35,421 bases of DNA, taken from contig CANRBD010000001.1 of the NCBI GenBank assembly GCA_947628765.1, positions 1 through 35,421 of the forward strand, given 5' to 3'. A program made the translations under genes and the position numbers. Position 1 is the first letter of the stretch. Each line of letters begins with the position of its first letter. Below, piece after piece: positions 17,026 through 25,885 of the stretch. This stretch comes from an uncultured Bacilli bacterium (lineage in GTDB: Bacteria > Bacillota_I > Bacilli_A > RF39 > UBA660). The notes beneath the pieces were generated by a model, which searched no databases, was not told the DNA's origin, and saw only the letters and a list, made by a program, of their open reading frames with translations.

Positions 17026-18198
17026 TTAAAAATTAAACATAATCCATTCGGGCTTAAAAATTAATAAAGCCCCAATTAATAACATTAAAAGGCCACCAAC
17101 TAAACTAGAATATTTACTATATTTAGTTGAAAGTCCTGTAACTTCCATCGTTTTCATAGCGACCAAGAAAACGATAATATCATCTATTAAGAAGAAGAAT
17201 ATGTAAATAAAAATATTTAAAGCATATTCCCAAACGCTTAAATCATTCATCGCTAAAACGCTTGTAAATAAAAGTGGAAGTCCAGCTGAACAAGCAAGCT
17301 CAACGAGATTTACAGTAACAGCTAAAGTTATTACCCCGATTAAAGCTAAAATAAAACTTTTTTCATGGGTAAATTTTTTAATTTTTTCAAAGATTTTTTG
17401 GCGTTGTTTTTTGTTAGTTACATTGCAGCCATCTTCAGCTTTAAAATATTTATTGATATTATAAGCCCCCGCAATAATTGCGACAATGGCAATTAAACTT
17501 CTTAAAAGAACTTGCTGCATCGCACTTACAGCAATATGTAGCCAAGCGACCATGAACAATGTATACATAATTGCGGAAGCTCCAATAAATGTAATACCAA
17601 GCATCCACATACGTTTTTTGTCATTCATGCCTAAAAGCATACTGATTAAAAATAAAAGTACCCACATCGCACATGGATTAAAACCATCGGCTAAGCCAAC
17701 TGCTAAAGCTAAAAGTGGGAGTGATACACTTTTAGTATCTATCTTCCCTAAGATTGGCACCGTAACACTTGTATTTTCTGTTGCTTCAGTTTTGGTAATT
17801 TTTTTATCATTTTTAATATCATCAATGACATCTGACACTTCAGTCTTAATATTAGTTTTAACTAAATCTCTAATTTTATCCGCCGTATCATCATTAAAAC
17901 CTGTAAAATCATAAGTTCCAATCACGGTGTATGGAACACCATTATTATTATCACCTAAAGCTTTTCTCACTTTTTTTAATAATTGATCATTTTTTTCATT
18001 ATGCCACACTTCGTATTTTTTTATTTTAATATTTTCGCCATATTGTTTTTCTAAAGTTTTTAAAAATTGCTGCTCAGCTTCACAATGGGGACATTCTTTT
18101 CCATAAAAAAGATTAATAGTAAGTTCTTTAGCTTCTGCATTAAAAGGAATTAATAAAAAAGCTACAAAAGTAATCAATAAAAATATTTTTTTACGCAT
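17026..18198 (-). CDS. Exported thioredoxin-fold domain fused to a CcdA/DsbD-like thiol-disulfide membrane domain
   Basis: Signal peptide MRKKIFLLITFVAFLLIPFNAEA, then a thioredoxin-like CPHC motif. A polytopic domain follows, with Cys in the membrane motifs GFNPCAMW and VELACSAGLP, as in DsbD/CcdA-type electron transporters. Confidence 0.7.
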   Translation of the reverse strand: MRKKIFLLITFVAFLLIPFNAEAKELTINLFYGKECPHCEAEQQFLKTLEKQYGENIKIKKYEVWHNEKNDQLLKKVRKALGDNNNGVPYTVIGTYDFTGFNDDTADKIRDLVKTNIKTEVSDVIDDIKNDKKITKTEATENTSVTVPILGKIDTKSVSLPLLALAVGLADGFNPCAMWVLLFLISMLLGMNDKKRMWMLGITFIGASAIMYTLFMVAWLHIAVSAMQQVLLRSLIAIVAIIAGAYNINKYFKAEDGCNVTNKKQRQKIFEKIKKFTHEKSFILALIGVITLAVTVNLVELACSAGLPLLFTSVLAMNDLSVWEYALNIFIYIFFFLIDDIIVFLVAMKTMEVTGLSTKYSKYSSLVGGLLMLLIGALLIFKPEWIMFNF

Positions 18199-18451
18199 TT
18201 AAGTTTTCGATGGCCTCGATAATTTCTTTTTTTGTTTTTTCTCCTATTAATCTTATTTCATGATCGTTTTTTTGTAAAATAGTTACTGGTAAAATATCGC
18301 CCACATTAAAATTTTTAATTTTCTCTTCATCCATATCATAATCATAAGTTATAAATTCTATTTCAGGATATTCCTTTTCAATCTCTTTCCATGTTTTTTT
18401 CATGGCTAGACAGCCACTACACCAAATAGCATTTATTTTAATTATTTTCAT
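18191..18451 (-). CDS. Small thioredoxin-family protein
   Basis: 86 aa with a WCSGC active-site motif near the N-terminus. ATGA overlap with the upstream gene, and 8-nt overlap with the downstream gene. Confidence 0.75.
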   Translation of the reverse strand: MKIIKINAIWCSGCLAMKKTWKEIEKEYPEIEFITYDYDMDEEKIKNFNVGDILPVTILQKNDHEIRLIGEKTKKEIIEAIENLNA

Positions 18452-18930
18452 AAGTGTACTCCATCTAATGTATCATCATTTACGATATACTCTTTAGTAT
18501 CGATAACACGGAAATTTTCTTTATCATCACGAATAACGATTTTTTTAATTCCCGCATTTAGAATAAATCTTTTACAAAGTTCACATGGTGTAGCATCTTT
18601 AACTAAGGCCCCAGTTTTAACTTCTTTACCAGCTAAATACAAAGTACTATCTATTAAATCTTTACGAGCCGCTGAAATAATAGCATTTTGTTCAGCATGC
18701 ACACTACGGCATAATTCATATCTTTGACCACTTGGAATTTTTAACTCTTCTCTTTGACATCTTTTGACATCCGTGCAGTTTTTTCGTCCTCTTGGCGCCC
18801 CAGTATAACCAGTAGATACAATTTCATCATTTTTAACAATCACGGCGCCATAATTACGTCTTAAACAAGTACCACGTTCTAAAACGGTTTCAGCAATATC
18901 TAAATAATAATTTTCTTTATCTCTTCTCAT
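18448..18930 (-). CDS. comEB: Deoxycytidylate (dCMP) deaminase, ComEB type
   Basis: Zinc motifs HAEQNAI and PCELC in a 160-aa cytidine/deoxycytidylate deaminase fold. Start overlaps the upstream stop. Confidence 0.8.
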   Translation of the reverse strand: MRRDKENYYLDIAETVLERGTCLRRNYGAVIVKNDEIVSTGYTGAPRGRKNCTDVKRCQREELKIPSGQRYELCRSVHAEQNAIISAARKDLIDSTLYLAGKEVKTGALVKDATPCELCKRFILNAGIKKIVIRDDKENFRVIDTKEYIVNDDTLDGVHL

Positions 18931-20042
18931 TTTTTCACAACCAATCTTTGATAATTTTTATCAAAACTTTTTAAAAAGTTTTGAATGTCTTCTTCACTTG
19001 TTTTTGCTGAAATACTAATCCTAATGCTTGAACTAGCTCTTTTTTCATCATGCGTAAGTGCCATTACAGCTTTGGAAATATTACCACTTGAGCAAGCACT
19101 TTGGGTCGAAATATATATATCATCTTCTTCTAAAGCATGTAACATAGTTTCGGGTTTTACGCCAAGAATACTGATATTTAAAATATGCGGAATAGAATAT
19201 TCATTACTATTAATATAAACGTTTTCATAACCTTTTAAGTTTGCTTTTAACTTATCATTTAACTTTTGCACTTTGCTTATATCATCATCTATTTTTTCGT
19301 TTGCTAGTCTTAAAGCTTTCGCCATACTTGCAATTAAAGCGGTAGTTGGTGTACCACTACGATAAATAGTTGTGCTTTTGCCACCATGAATAAGAGGTTC
19401 AAGGCGAATATTTTCTTTTTTTATTAAAGCGCCAATACCTTTTATCCCAAAAAATTTATGCGCCGAAAAACTAGCCATATCGACATTAGTTAAATCGACA
19501 TTGATTTTGCCAACAGCTTGCGTAATATCAGAGTGAAAGATTACTTTCGGATAATCTTTTAACATTTTACCAATTTCTTCAATAGGCTGTCTAATACCAG
19601 TTTCACTATTAACAGCACTAATACTTACTAAAATAGTTTTATCGGTAATCATTTCGTTTAATTTATCGGTATCAACCAAACCATCTTTAAGTGGCACAAA
19701 ATCTACTTCAAATCCATGTTCCGTCATATAATTAAGGGGCCCATAAATCGATGAGTGTTCAAGTTCGGTGGTGATAATATGATTACCTCTATTTTTATAT
19801 AATTCTATTCCTTTTAACGCTAAATTATTAGCTTCAGAAGCTCCTGATGTGTAGATAATTTCTTCTGGTTTTACTCCTAAAATATCACTTATTTGTTTAG
19901 TACTAGCCGCAATTAGGTTTTTCGCTTCTACACCTAATTTATGAAGTGAATTAGGATTGCCAATATGTTTTGAAGCTTTGACAAAAGTATCTAAAACTTC
20001 ATCACTTGTTGGAGTAGTAGCACTATAATCTAAATAAGTCAT
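18927..20042 (-). CDS. Cysteine desulfurase, NifS/IscS type (class I)
   Basis: PLP-lysine FSAHKFFGIKG and catalytic Cys in SACSSG. Start moved to the ATG at 20042 (MTYLDYSATTP), which follows AAGGAAGGTGA. Confidence 0.88.
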   Translation of the reverse strand: MTYLDYSATTPTSDEVLDTFVKASKHIGNPNSLHKLGVEAKNLIAASTKQISDILGVKPEEIIYTSGASEANNLALKGIELYKNRGNHIITTELEHSSIYGPLNYMTEHGFEVDFVPLKDGLVDTDKLNEMITDKTILVSISAVNSETGIRQPIEEIGKMLKDYPKVIFHSDITQAVGKINVDLTNVDMASFSAHKFFGIKGIGALIKKENIRLEPLIHGGKSTTIYRSGTPTTALIASMAKALRLANEKIDDDISKVQKLNDKLKANLKGYENVYINSNEYSIPHILNISILGVKPETMLHALEEDDIYISTQSACSSGNISKAVMALTHDEKRASSSIRISISAKTSEEDIQNFLKSFDKNYQRLVVKK

Positions 20043-20087
20043 ATTATCACCTTCCTTATAAATTATAACATTAATCAGAAAATGGAG

Positions 20088-20113
20088 CAATAAAAAGTGC
20101 TACGTAGCACTTT
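20088..20113 (-). terminator. Rho-independent terminator after the 243-aa ORF
   Basis: Palindrome AAGTGCTAC/GTAGCACTT (20095-20112). TTTATT follows on the minus strand. Confidence 0.6.
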
Positions 20114-20843
20114 ATTTTAAAATTTTCTTTTTGATTTTAGAATTACTTAATGGTTTTATTTTTTCGCCCTTAGCATTATAGGAATAATAAAAATCATACC
20201 TGGCATCATAAAATACTTCAGTAGTGCGGTCAATCCTAGTATACAATAAATCATAAGCCTGCGTCTTAAGATCATCTCTAATTTTTTCTAGTTCATCTAA
20301 GGTATAAGTCTCATTTTCATATTCCTTGCTTTCTAAGAAATCGATAAATTCTTGCCTAGATAAATTCCTCGTAGTCATTGCCTCAACTATTTTATGAGCT
20401 TTTATTTTATCACTTAAACGTTCTGGCGAAGTACATTTAAGGTTGATAACATATTCACTATTATCGCAATCACAGGCAATATTATCAATAGCATATTGTT
20501 CTAATGAGAAAATATCTGTATAACTATTTAAAAATAAATTGAGCGTAGCCAAAGTTATCTTATTAGCATCGGCAATAAAATCTTTAGTAGTTTGACAAAT
20601 AGCAGAATCAGCTACGATAAATTTAGGAAACTGTTTTTGATAGTCACTTAATTCTACTGTTAATTTTTCCTTTACCGACTGATGATCTTTCTCCATAATA
20701 GTCATAAGTTCATTTTTATCGGTTTCAATTAAGCCCATTTTATATAAAATATTATAAGGAAACTCAAATTTAATTTGCTTATTAATTTTAACTAATTTTA
20801 AGGGCCTTACGATATAAACGTCTTTAGCTTTAAATGTTTTCAT
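20112..20843 (-). CDS. Hypothetical protein (243 aa), probably co-transcribed with mutL
   Basis: Strong RBS AGGAGGAA. It lies 36 nt downstream of mutL with no hairpin between. No motif recognised. Confidence 0.6.
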   Translation of the reverse strand: MKTFKAKDVYIVRPLKLVKINKQIKFEFPYNILYKMGLIETDKNELMTIMEKDHQSVKEKLTVELSDYQKQFPKFIVADSAICQTTKDFIADANKITLATLNLFLNSYTDIFSLEQYAIDNIACDCDNSEYVINLKCTSPERLSDKIKAHKIVEAMTTRNLSRQEFIDFLESKEYENETYTLDELEKIRDDLKTQAYDLLYTRIDRTTEVFYDARYDFYYSYNAKGEKIKPLSNSKIKKKILK

Positions 20844-20879
20844 TTCATTCCTCCTAGTTACATATTATAGCATAGTCAT

Positions 20880-22673
20880 TTACTTTTTGGTATCAAAACC
20901 ACTACGTTTAAATAATTTTTCTAAATCATAATTCGAATAGAAAATTGTCGTTGGTCTACCATGCGGACAGTTATATGGATTTTGACATTTTCTTAAATCC
21001 GTAATTAAAGCTTCCATTTCTTCTAAAGTAATATTAGTATTAGCTTTAATTGCTTTTTTACAACTCATCATAATAGCTACTTTTTCGTTAAATTTTTCGA
21101 TATCAAAATTCTTTTCTGTTTGAATAACAATTTCGATTATTTTGCGAATTGTCTCTTCGATATTAGTTACTGGCAGCCACGCTGGATGCGCTTTCACAAT
21201 CACCGAATTAAGACCAAACTCGGAAATATCAAATTTTAAATCTTTTAAAATATGCATGTTTTGTTTTAAAATCATAAATTCTGAATTGGAAAGTTCAATA
21301 GTAATAGGCAATAATAATGAAGTACTCGCAACATTAGGACTGCCCATTTGTTTTTTGAAAAGTTCATAATTACATCTTTCTTTGGCAGCGTGCTGGTCAA
21401 TAATATACATTCCTTTTTCATTTTGACAAATGATATAAGTGCCATGAACTAAACCAACGGGATACATCTCTGGCATTACTTTTTCATCATATTGGTTATA
21501 TGGCGTTTCGTTTTCCATGACAACATCGCCCGCATTATCTTCTTCATATGTCACGTTTCCTTCGGTTTCAAAAGTATTAACAATTATGTCTTCAGGTTCT
21601 TTTTCTACTTTACTTTCCGTTCTTTCTAAATCTAAAGTCATTTCCCTATATTTAGGTTTTTCTTCTTTGATAACTACTTCGGGAATTAAATTTTTATGAC
21701 CTATTGTTTTAATAATAGTTTCTTTAATTAATTCAAGTAAAGTATCCATTTTACTAAATTTAATATCCATTTTTGTCGGATGAATATTAACATCGATAAC
21801 GCTAGGATCAACATTAATATGAAGCACCGTAATTGGATAACGATTATCCGGTTTATACGAATGATAACTATCATTAATAGTTCTATTAATATCAGCATTC
21901 CTAACTACTCTATTATTTACTAAAGTAATCATATTGTTGCGCGAAGAACGATGCACTTCTGGCGAAGAAATATAACCACTAATTTCATAATCGGCATTTT
22001 CACCATGAATTTCTAACATTTTGCGAGCCACATCACTACCATAAATACTCTGAATAGTTTTTAAAGTATTATTGTGTCCATCAGTTAATAAAATATTATG
22101 GCCATTATTAGTAAGCGAAAATCTAATATCTGGTCTTGATAATGATAATTTATTCATATAATCAGTAATACTAGCCAGTTCCGTATATAAACTTTTCATA
22201 TGTTTTAAACGCGCCGGAGTATTATAAAATAGTTCACTAACAGTAATGATTGTCCCTTTTCTAGCATCACCTTTTTCATTAGTGATTATTTTGCCGCCAT
22301 TTAAAACAACGTGGGTTCCAATATTACCGGTACTAGTTTTTAAATCTACTTTTGAAACTGAGGCGATTGAGGCCAAAGCTTCACCTCTAAAACCTAAAGT
22401 TGTTAATCTAAATAAATCTTCTTCATCATCGATTTTACTAGTAGCATGTCTTGAAAAAGCTAAAACAGCATCTTCCTTATCCATACCTTTACCATTATCA
22501 ATGACTTTTATTTCTTTTGTTCCAGAATCTTGAAGTTCCACTTTAATTTCTGTACTTTCCGCATCAATACTATTTTCTACTAATTCTTTTACAACCGAAG
22601 CACATCTCTCAACGACTTCTCCTGCAGCAATTTTATTAGCCAAAACTTCATCCATAACTTTTATAACTGACAT
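20880..22673 (-). CDS. mutL: DNA mismatch repair endonuclease MutL
   Basis: GHKL ATPase N-terminus (AAGEVVERCASVVKELVENSIDA). C-terminal endonuclease motifs DQHAAKERCNYE and CPHGRP. Confidence 0.93.
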   Translation of the reverse strand: MSVIKVMDEVLANKIAAGEVVERCASVVKELVENSIDAESTEIKVELQDSGTKEIKVIDNGKGMDKEDAVLAFSRHATSKIDDEEDLFRLTTLGFRGEALASIASVSKVDLKTSTGNIGTHVVLNGGKIITNEKGDARKGTIITVSELFYNTPARLKHMKSLYTELASITDYMNKLSLSRPDIRFSLTNNGHNILLTDGHNNTLKTIQSIYGSDVARKMLEIHGENADYEISGYISSPEVHRSSRNNMITLVNNRVVRNADINRTINDSYHSYKPDNRYPITVLHINVDPSVIDVNIHPTKMDIKFSKMDTLLELIKETIIKTIGHKNLIPEVVIKEEKPKYREMTLDLERTESKVEKEPEDIIVNTFETEGNVTYEEDNAGDVVMENETPYNQYDEKVMPEMYPVGLVHGTYIICQNEKGMYIIDQHAAKERCNYELFKKQMGSPNVASTSLLLPITIELSNSEFMILKQNMHILKDLKFDISEFGLNSVIVKAHPAWLPVTNIEETIRKIIEIVIQTEKNFDIEKFNEKVAIMMSCKKAIKANTNITLEEMEALITDLRKCQNPYNCPHGRPTTIFYSNYDLEKLFKRSGFDTKK

Positions 22674-22773
22674 CCTACCACCCTATTACAATTATACCAT
22701 ATTTTTAAATTATTAACTTGTTTTTTATAGTTATTTTTGTTATAATAAAAAACAATTTGAAAGGAGCAACAAT

Positions 22774-23568
22774 ATGGTAATTCAAGAAATAAAATCTATT
22801 TATGTTGATGATGATTGTATTCAAGTAATGATTCCACATATCAGAGATACTTTTGTTTTATTAGATGATAATGGTGTAATGTATGCAAATTCTAAAAACA
22901 CGCATGAAAATCTTTACTTAAAAGATGAGCGTAGACATAATTTTCCATATAGTGATATACCTACCCACCAAGACATATTGTATGGGGTTAGGGTTACCTT
23001 TGTCAATCAATTATTAGGATTTGAAAAACCTTATATTACTATTGGAATCAACGATGGAATTCATGAAATGTATGTCAAAAAAGATGGTAAGCTAGCATTA
23101 TTAATTACAAATCAAATAGAGCCAAAAATAATTGATAAGCAAAGTCATCTTACATTAAAAACAGCTCAAAAATTACGTGAGCAATTAGTATCAGAACTAT
23201 ATCCATGTGTGAACCAGCCATCAAATACTGCAAACAATACAGATCCTTTATACCATGAATATGATCTTTCTAATAATAAACGTCACTCACATTCATATAC
23301 TTTTTTTACAACTATTAATAATGGAAAAATTACAAATTTAAATGGTGTTCACATCATGTATTATAAAGAGAGCAAATACAATCTTTGCCTTGTTAATTAT
23401 CCATTAATCGATTATTCTTCTTATGCGCTTGAACTATTAAAAAAAGGCGCCGAACAAACTAGAGAACCTAATTTTGAATGGGATGATATTTATCAATATA
23501 GTTCTCATGAATCTTTTGAAATTCCTGAAGAAAAAGTTAAAACCCTAGATGTTAATAGAGACATTTAA
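22774..23568 (+). CDS. Hypothetical protein (264 aa)
   Basis: RBS GAAAGGAG and a clean terminator downstream. No recognised motif and no TM segments. Confidence 0.6.
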   Translation: MVIQEIKSIYVDDDCIQVMIPHIRDTFVLLDDNGVMYANSKNTHENLYLKDERRHNFPYSDIPTHQDILYGVRVTFVNQLLGFEKPYITIGINDGIHEMYVKKDGKLALLITNQIEPKIIDKQSHLTLKTAQKLREQLVSELYPCVNQPSNTANNTDPLYHEYDLSNNKRHSHSYTFFTTINNGKITNLNGVHIMYYKESKYNLCLVNYPLIDYSSYALELLKKGAEQTREPNFEWDDIYQYSSHESFEIPEEKVKTLDVNRDI

Positions 23569-23575
23569 TATCATA

Positions 23576-23600
23576 AAAACGGCTTTAAACCGTTTTTTTA
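23576..23600 (+). terminator. Rho-independent terminator (copy 1 of a duplicated 21-nt hairpin)
   Basis: AAAACGGCTTTAAACCGTTTT (23576-23596) followed by extra Ts. Confidence 0.75.
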
Positions 23601-23660
23601 ATATATCTTTGTCTCTTCAAAAATCCATGATATAATTATTATAATAAAGGAGCGATAATT

Positions 23661-24158
23661 ATGAATTTAGTAGTTCAAATTATTGGTTGTTTTGCGGTGG
23701 CTTTTTGGGTATTTAGTATCCAAAATAAAAAGCAGAGCCATATTTTGTTTTTTCAGCTTTTAGCTAATATTTTATATTTTGTTCAGTATTCTTTTCTTAA
23801 TGTCTTTGCGGCCGCTTCGATGAATATGCTTTCAAGTTTTAGAAGTTTTATATTTTACTATAAACGTAAAAATGATCAAGATATTTCTAAAGTATGGTTA
23901 ATTATTTTTATTATTTTAACTTTAGTTTTAGGTGTTATCTTTTATCAAAATTATTTATCATTTATTCCGATTATAGCTACTTTACTTTATACAGTTTCGA
24001 CGTGGATGAAAGATTCAAAATGGATTCGTTTAGCGTTTATCATCGCAGCTTTAACTTGGATCTATTATAATTATACAGTTGGTGCTTATATTAGTATTGT
24101 CGGAAATGTCTTTGAAATTATTTCTGGCATCACAGCATTAATTAAATTTAAAAAATAA
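23661..24158 (+). CDS. YgjV-family inner membrane protein (tentative)
   Basis: 165 aa with about 5 TM helices. The N-terminal pattern (IGCFAVAFWVFSIQNKKQSHILFFQLLANILYFVQYSFLN) resembles YgjV-like proteins. RBS AAAGGAG. Confidence 0.55.
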   Translation: MNLVVQIIGCFAVAFWVFSIQNKKQSHILFFQLLANILYFVQYSFLNVFAAASMNMLSSFRSFIFYYKRKNDQDISKVWLIIFIILTLVLGVIFYQNYLSFIPIIATLLYTVSTWMKDSKWIRLAFIIAALTWIYYNYTVGAYISIVGNVFEIISGITALIKFKK

Positions 24159-24177
24159 AACGGCTTTAAACCGTTTT
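24157..24177. terminator. Bidirectional terminator (copy 2 of the 21-nt hairpin)
   Basis: Identical AAAACGGCTTTAAACCGTTTT. It overlaps the stop codons of both convergent genes (24156-24158 and 24176-24178). Confidence 0.75.
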
Positions 24178-25054
24178 ATTTTATTCTTTCTTTAATGATA
24201 TCATCGCTTTCTAAATGGCCGACTAATAGTGAGGAATTAGGATCGTGATTTTTAAAATTTTCTTTGACTTTAGTTTCGTCGTAATTAGCATAACAATATT
24301 TACAAAAATGATTACACGAATTATAAACCCCAATATCGACCATCTGCACACAATTACAATTACGAGCTTTCCATTTTGGATATTTTTTACCAGTTAATTT
24401 ATAAGCAAGTTCCTTGGAAAGACATTCATCTATCTTAAAACCATATTCACTTAAATTCCTTTTTTCAGCGCACGTTTGCACGGTCATCCCATATTTTTGG
24501 GCGCTTTTACTAAAACTTAGACCGATTTGTTTATAATCTTCTTCCGTCATATTTTTAAATTGTAGAATATGGCTATTTTTTCGGACATTTTTATAATCAT
24601 CGACAAAGGAAATTATGATATGTTTAACATAACCGCTTAATAACGCACACATATTGTCAAAAGCCTTTTGATGATACTTAATGTTATACTTTTCACTTAT
24701 AAAAATTGGATCATAGCGGACATATAAATTATCAATACCAATAATCTTTGAAAGTTTTTTAACAGCCTCAATTATTTTTCCTTTAGGAATGACATTGGGT
24801 TCAATATCTTTTTTATAAGGTGTCAGCGTTACATGAAATAATATTGGTTTATCAATTTCTTTTAAATGTTTTAAAATTGGAATGGGATTTTTAGTACAAA
24901 ACATAATGGCATCGACATTTTCAAATTTTATTCGGCTTACTAATTTAGGATTAAAAGGATTTCTAACATCGACAAAGCCTTCTTTAACTCTATTCATAAA
25001 CCAATTTGTATAAAAAGCCACAATATCAGTTCTGCCACTTACATTTAAAATCAT
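24176..25054 (-). CDS. DUF1848-like protein with C-terminal CX3CX2C cysteine cluster
   Basis: N-terminus MILNVSGRTDIVAFYTNWFMNRVKEGFVDVRNPFNP matches my recollection of DUF1848. The C-terminal third carries CNCVQMVDIGVYNSCNHFCKYCYAN. RBS AGGTGG. Confidence 0.6.
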   Translation of the reverse strand: MILNVSGRTDIVAFYTNWFMNRVKEGFVDVRNPFNPKLVSRIKFENVDAIMFCTKNPIPILKHLKEIDKPILFHVTLTPYKKDIEPNVIPKGKIIEAVKKLSKIIGIDNLYVRYDPIFISEKYNIKYHQKAFDNMCALLSGYVKHIIISFVDDYKNVRKNSHILQFKNMTEEDYKQIGLSFSKSAQKYGMTVQTCAEKRNLSEYGFKIDECLSKELAYKLTGKKYPKWKARNCNCVQMVDIGVYNSCNHFCKYCYANYDETKVKENFKNHDPNSSLLVGHLESDDIIKERIK

Positions 25055-25103
25055 CTAACCACCTATATTTATTGTAACATAAAAAATATATAAAATCACA
25101 ATA

Positions 25104-25134
25104 TATCAAAAAACAGCCTTTTTATAAGCTGTTT
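25104..25134 (-). terminator. Rho-independent terminator after the 237-aa membrane protein gene
   Basis: Stem AAACAGC(C)TT / AAGCTGTTT (25111-25134). TTTTTTGA follows on the minus strand. Confidence 0.6.
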
Positions 25135-25149
25135 GTTTGGAAAAATTTT

Positions 25150-25863
25150 TTAATTATTTATATAGAAGCCACCATCAAAACTGATATTAAAATAAAGCGA
25201 ATTAAGCCTTTTTTTATGAATAAGTTTATTATTTTTATACACTAAAATATAATGATGATTCTCATCTAACGTTATATTATAATCGCTGATATTATTAACA
25301 TTATTTATCTTTTGAGTTTTTTTAGGTAAATATCTTACTAAACTATAATTGCCAAGGGAAATCCCTAAACTAGTTTCTTCACAATGCTTTTCATTAATGG
25401 CATATGCGAATGTATGACTATCACCAAGTCCACCATTACCTTTTGATTTATATACTAATATTAAATCACTATTAGTTATTAAATAATATTCTTTTAATAA
25501 ACTACCAGCAAATAACAAAACTGGTAATATAACAAACAGTAACGTCACTAATAATTTTTTTGTTGATAAAGGCGTTGTTTCTTTGGGTTTTTTAGATTTT
25601 TGAAAACATACAATCATAGAAATTATATAACATATTACTGCAATAATGGCGATAAAAGCCAAAAATAACATTTCAAAACCTATATCTAGTTCTAAGATAT
25701 TAGGCAGTATAAAGATACCTATCAGCAAATATATTATATAAAAAAGATTAATTATTTTAACAATTTTACGATTGCGTTTATTTTTTATTGAATAAATTAA
25801 TATTGGCACTGATAGTAAACTTAATACGATTAAAATAAAATAGAGACAACTTTTTAACAACAT
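25150..25863 (-). CDS. Hypothetical membrane protein (4 TM plus ~110-aa C-terminal soluble domain)
   Basis: Start moved to the ATG at 25863 (MLLKSCLYF) after GAAAGGAAAAA. The track start at 25893 is a TTG lying inside the DUF1848-derived repeat. Confidence 0.6.
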   Translation of the reverse strand: MLLKSCLYFILIVLSLLSVPILIYSIKNKRNRKIVKIINLFYIIYLLIGIFILPNILELDIGFEMLFLAFIAIIAVICYIISMIVCFQKSKKPKETTPLSTKKLLVTLLFVILPVLLFAGSLLKEYYLITNSDLILVYKSKGNGGLGDSHTFAYAINEKHCEETSLGISLGNYSLVRYLPKKTQKINNVNNISDYNITLDENHHYILVYKNNKLIHKKRLNSLYFNISFDGGFYINN

Positions 25864-25885
25864 AATATTTTTCCTTTCATAGCAT

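Noticed and set aside
17486-17914. 142-aa plus-strand ORF inside the thioredoxin-CcdA fusion gene
   Set aside because: It is antisense to a polytopic membrane domain. Hydrophobic mirror ORFs are expected there, and there is no RBS.
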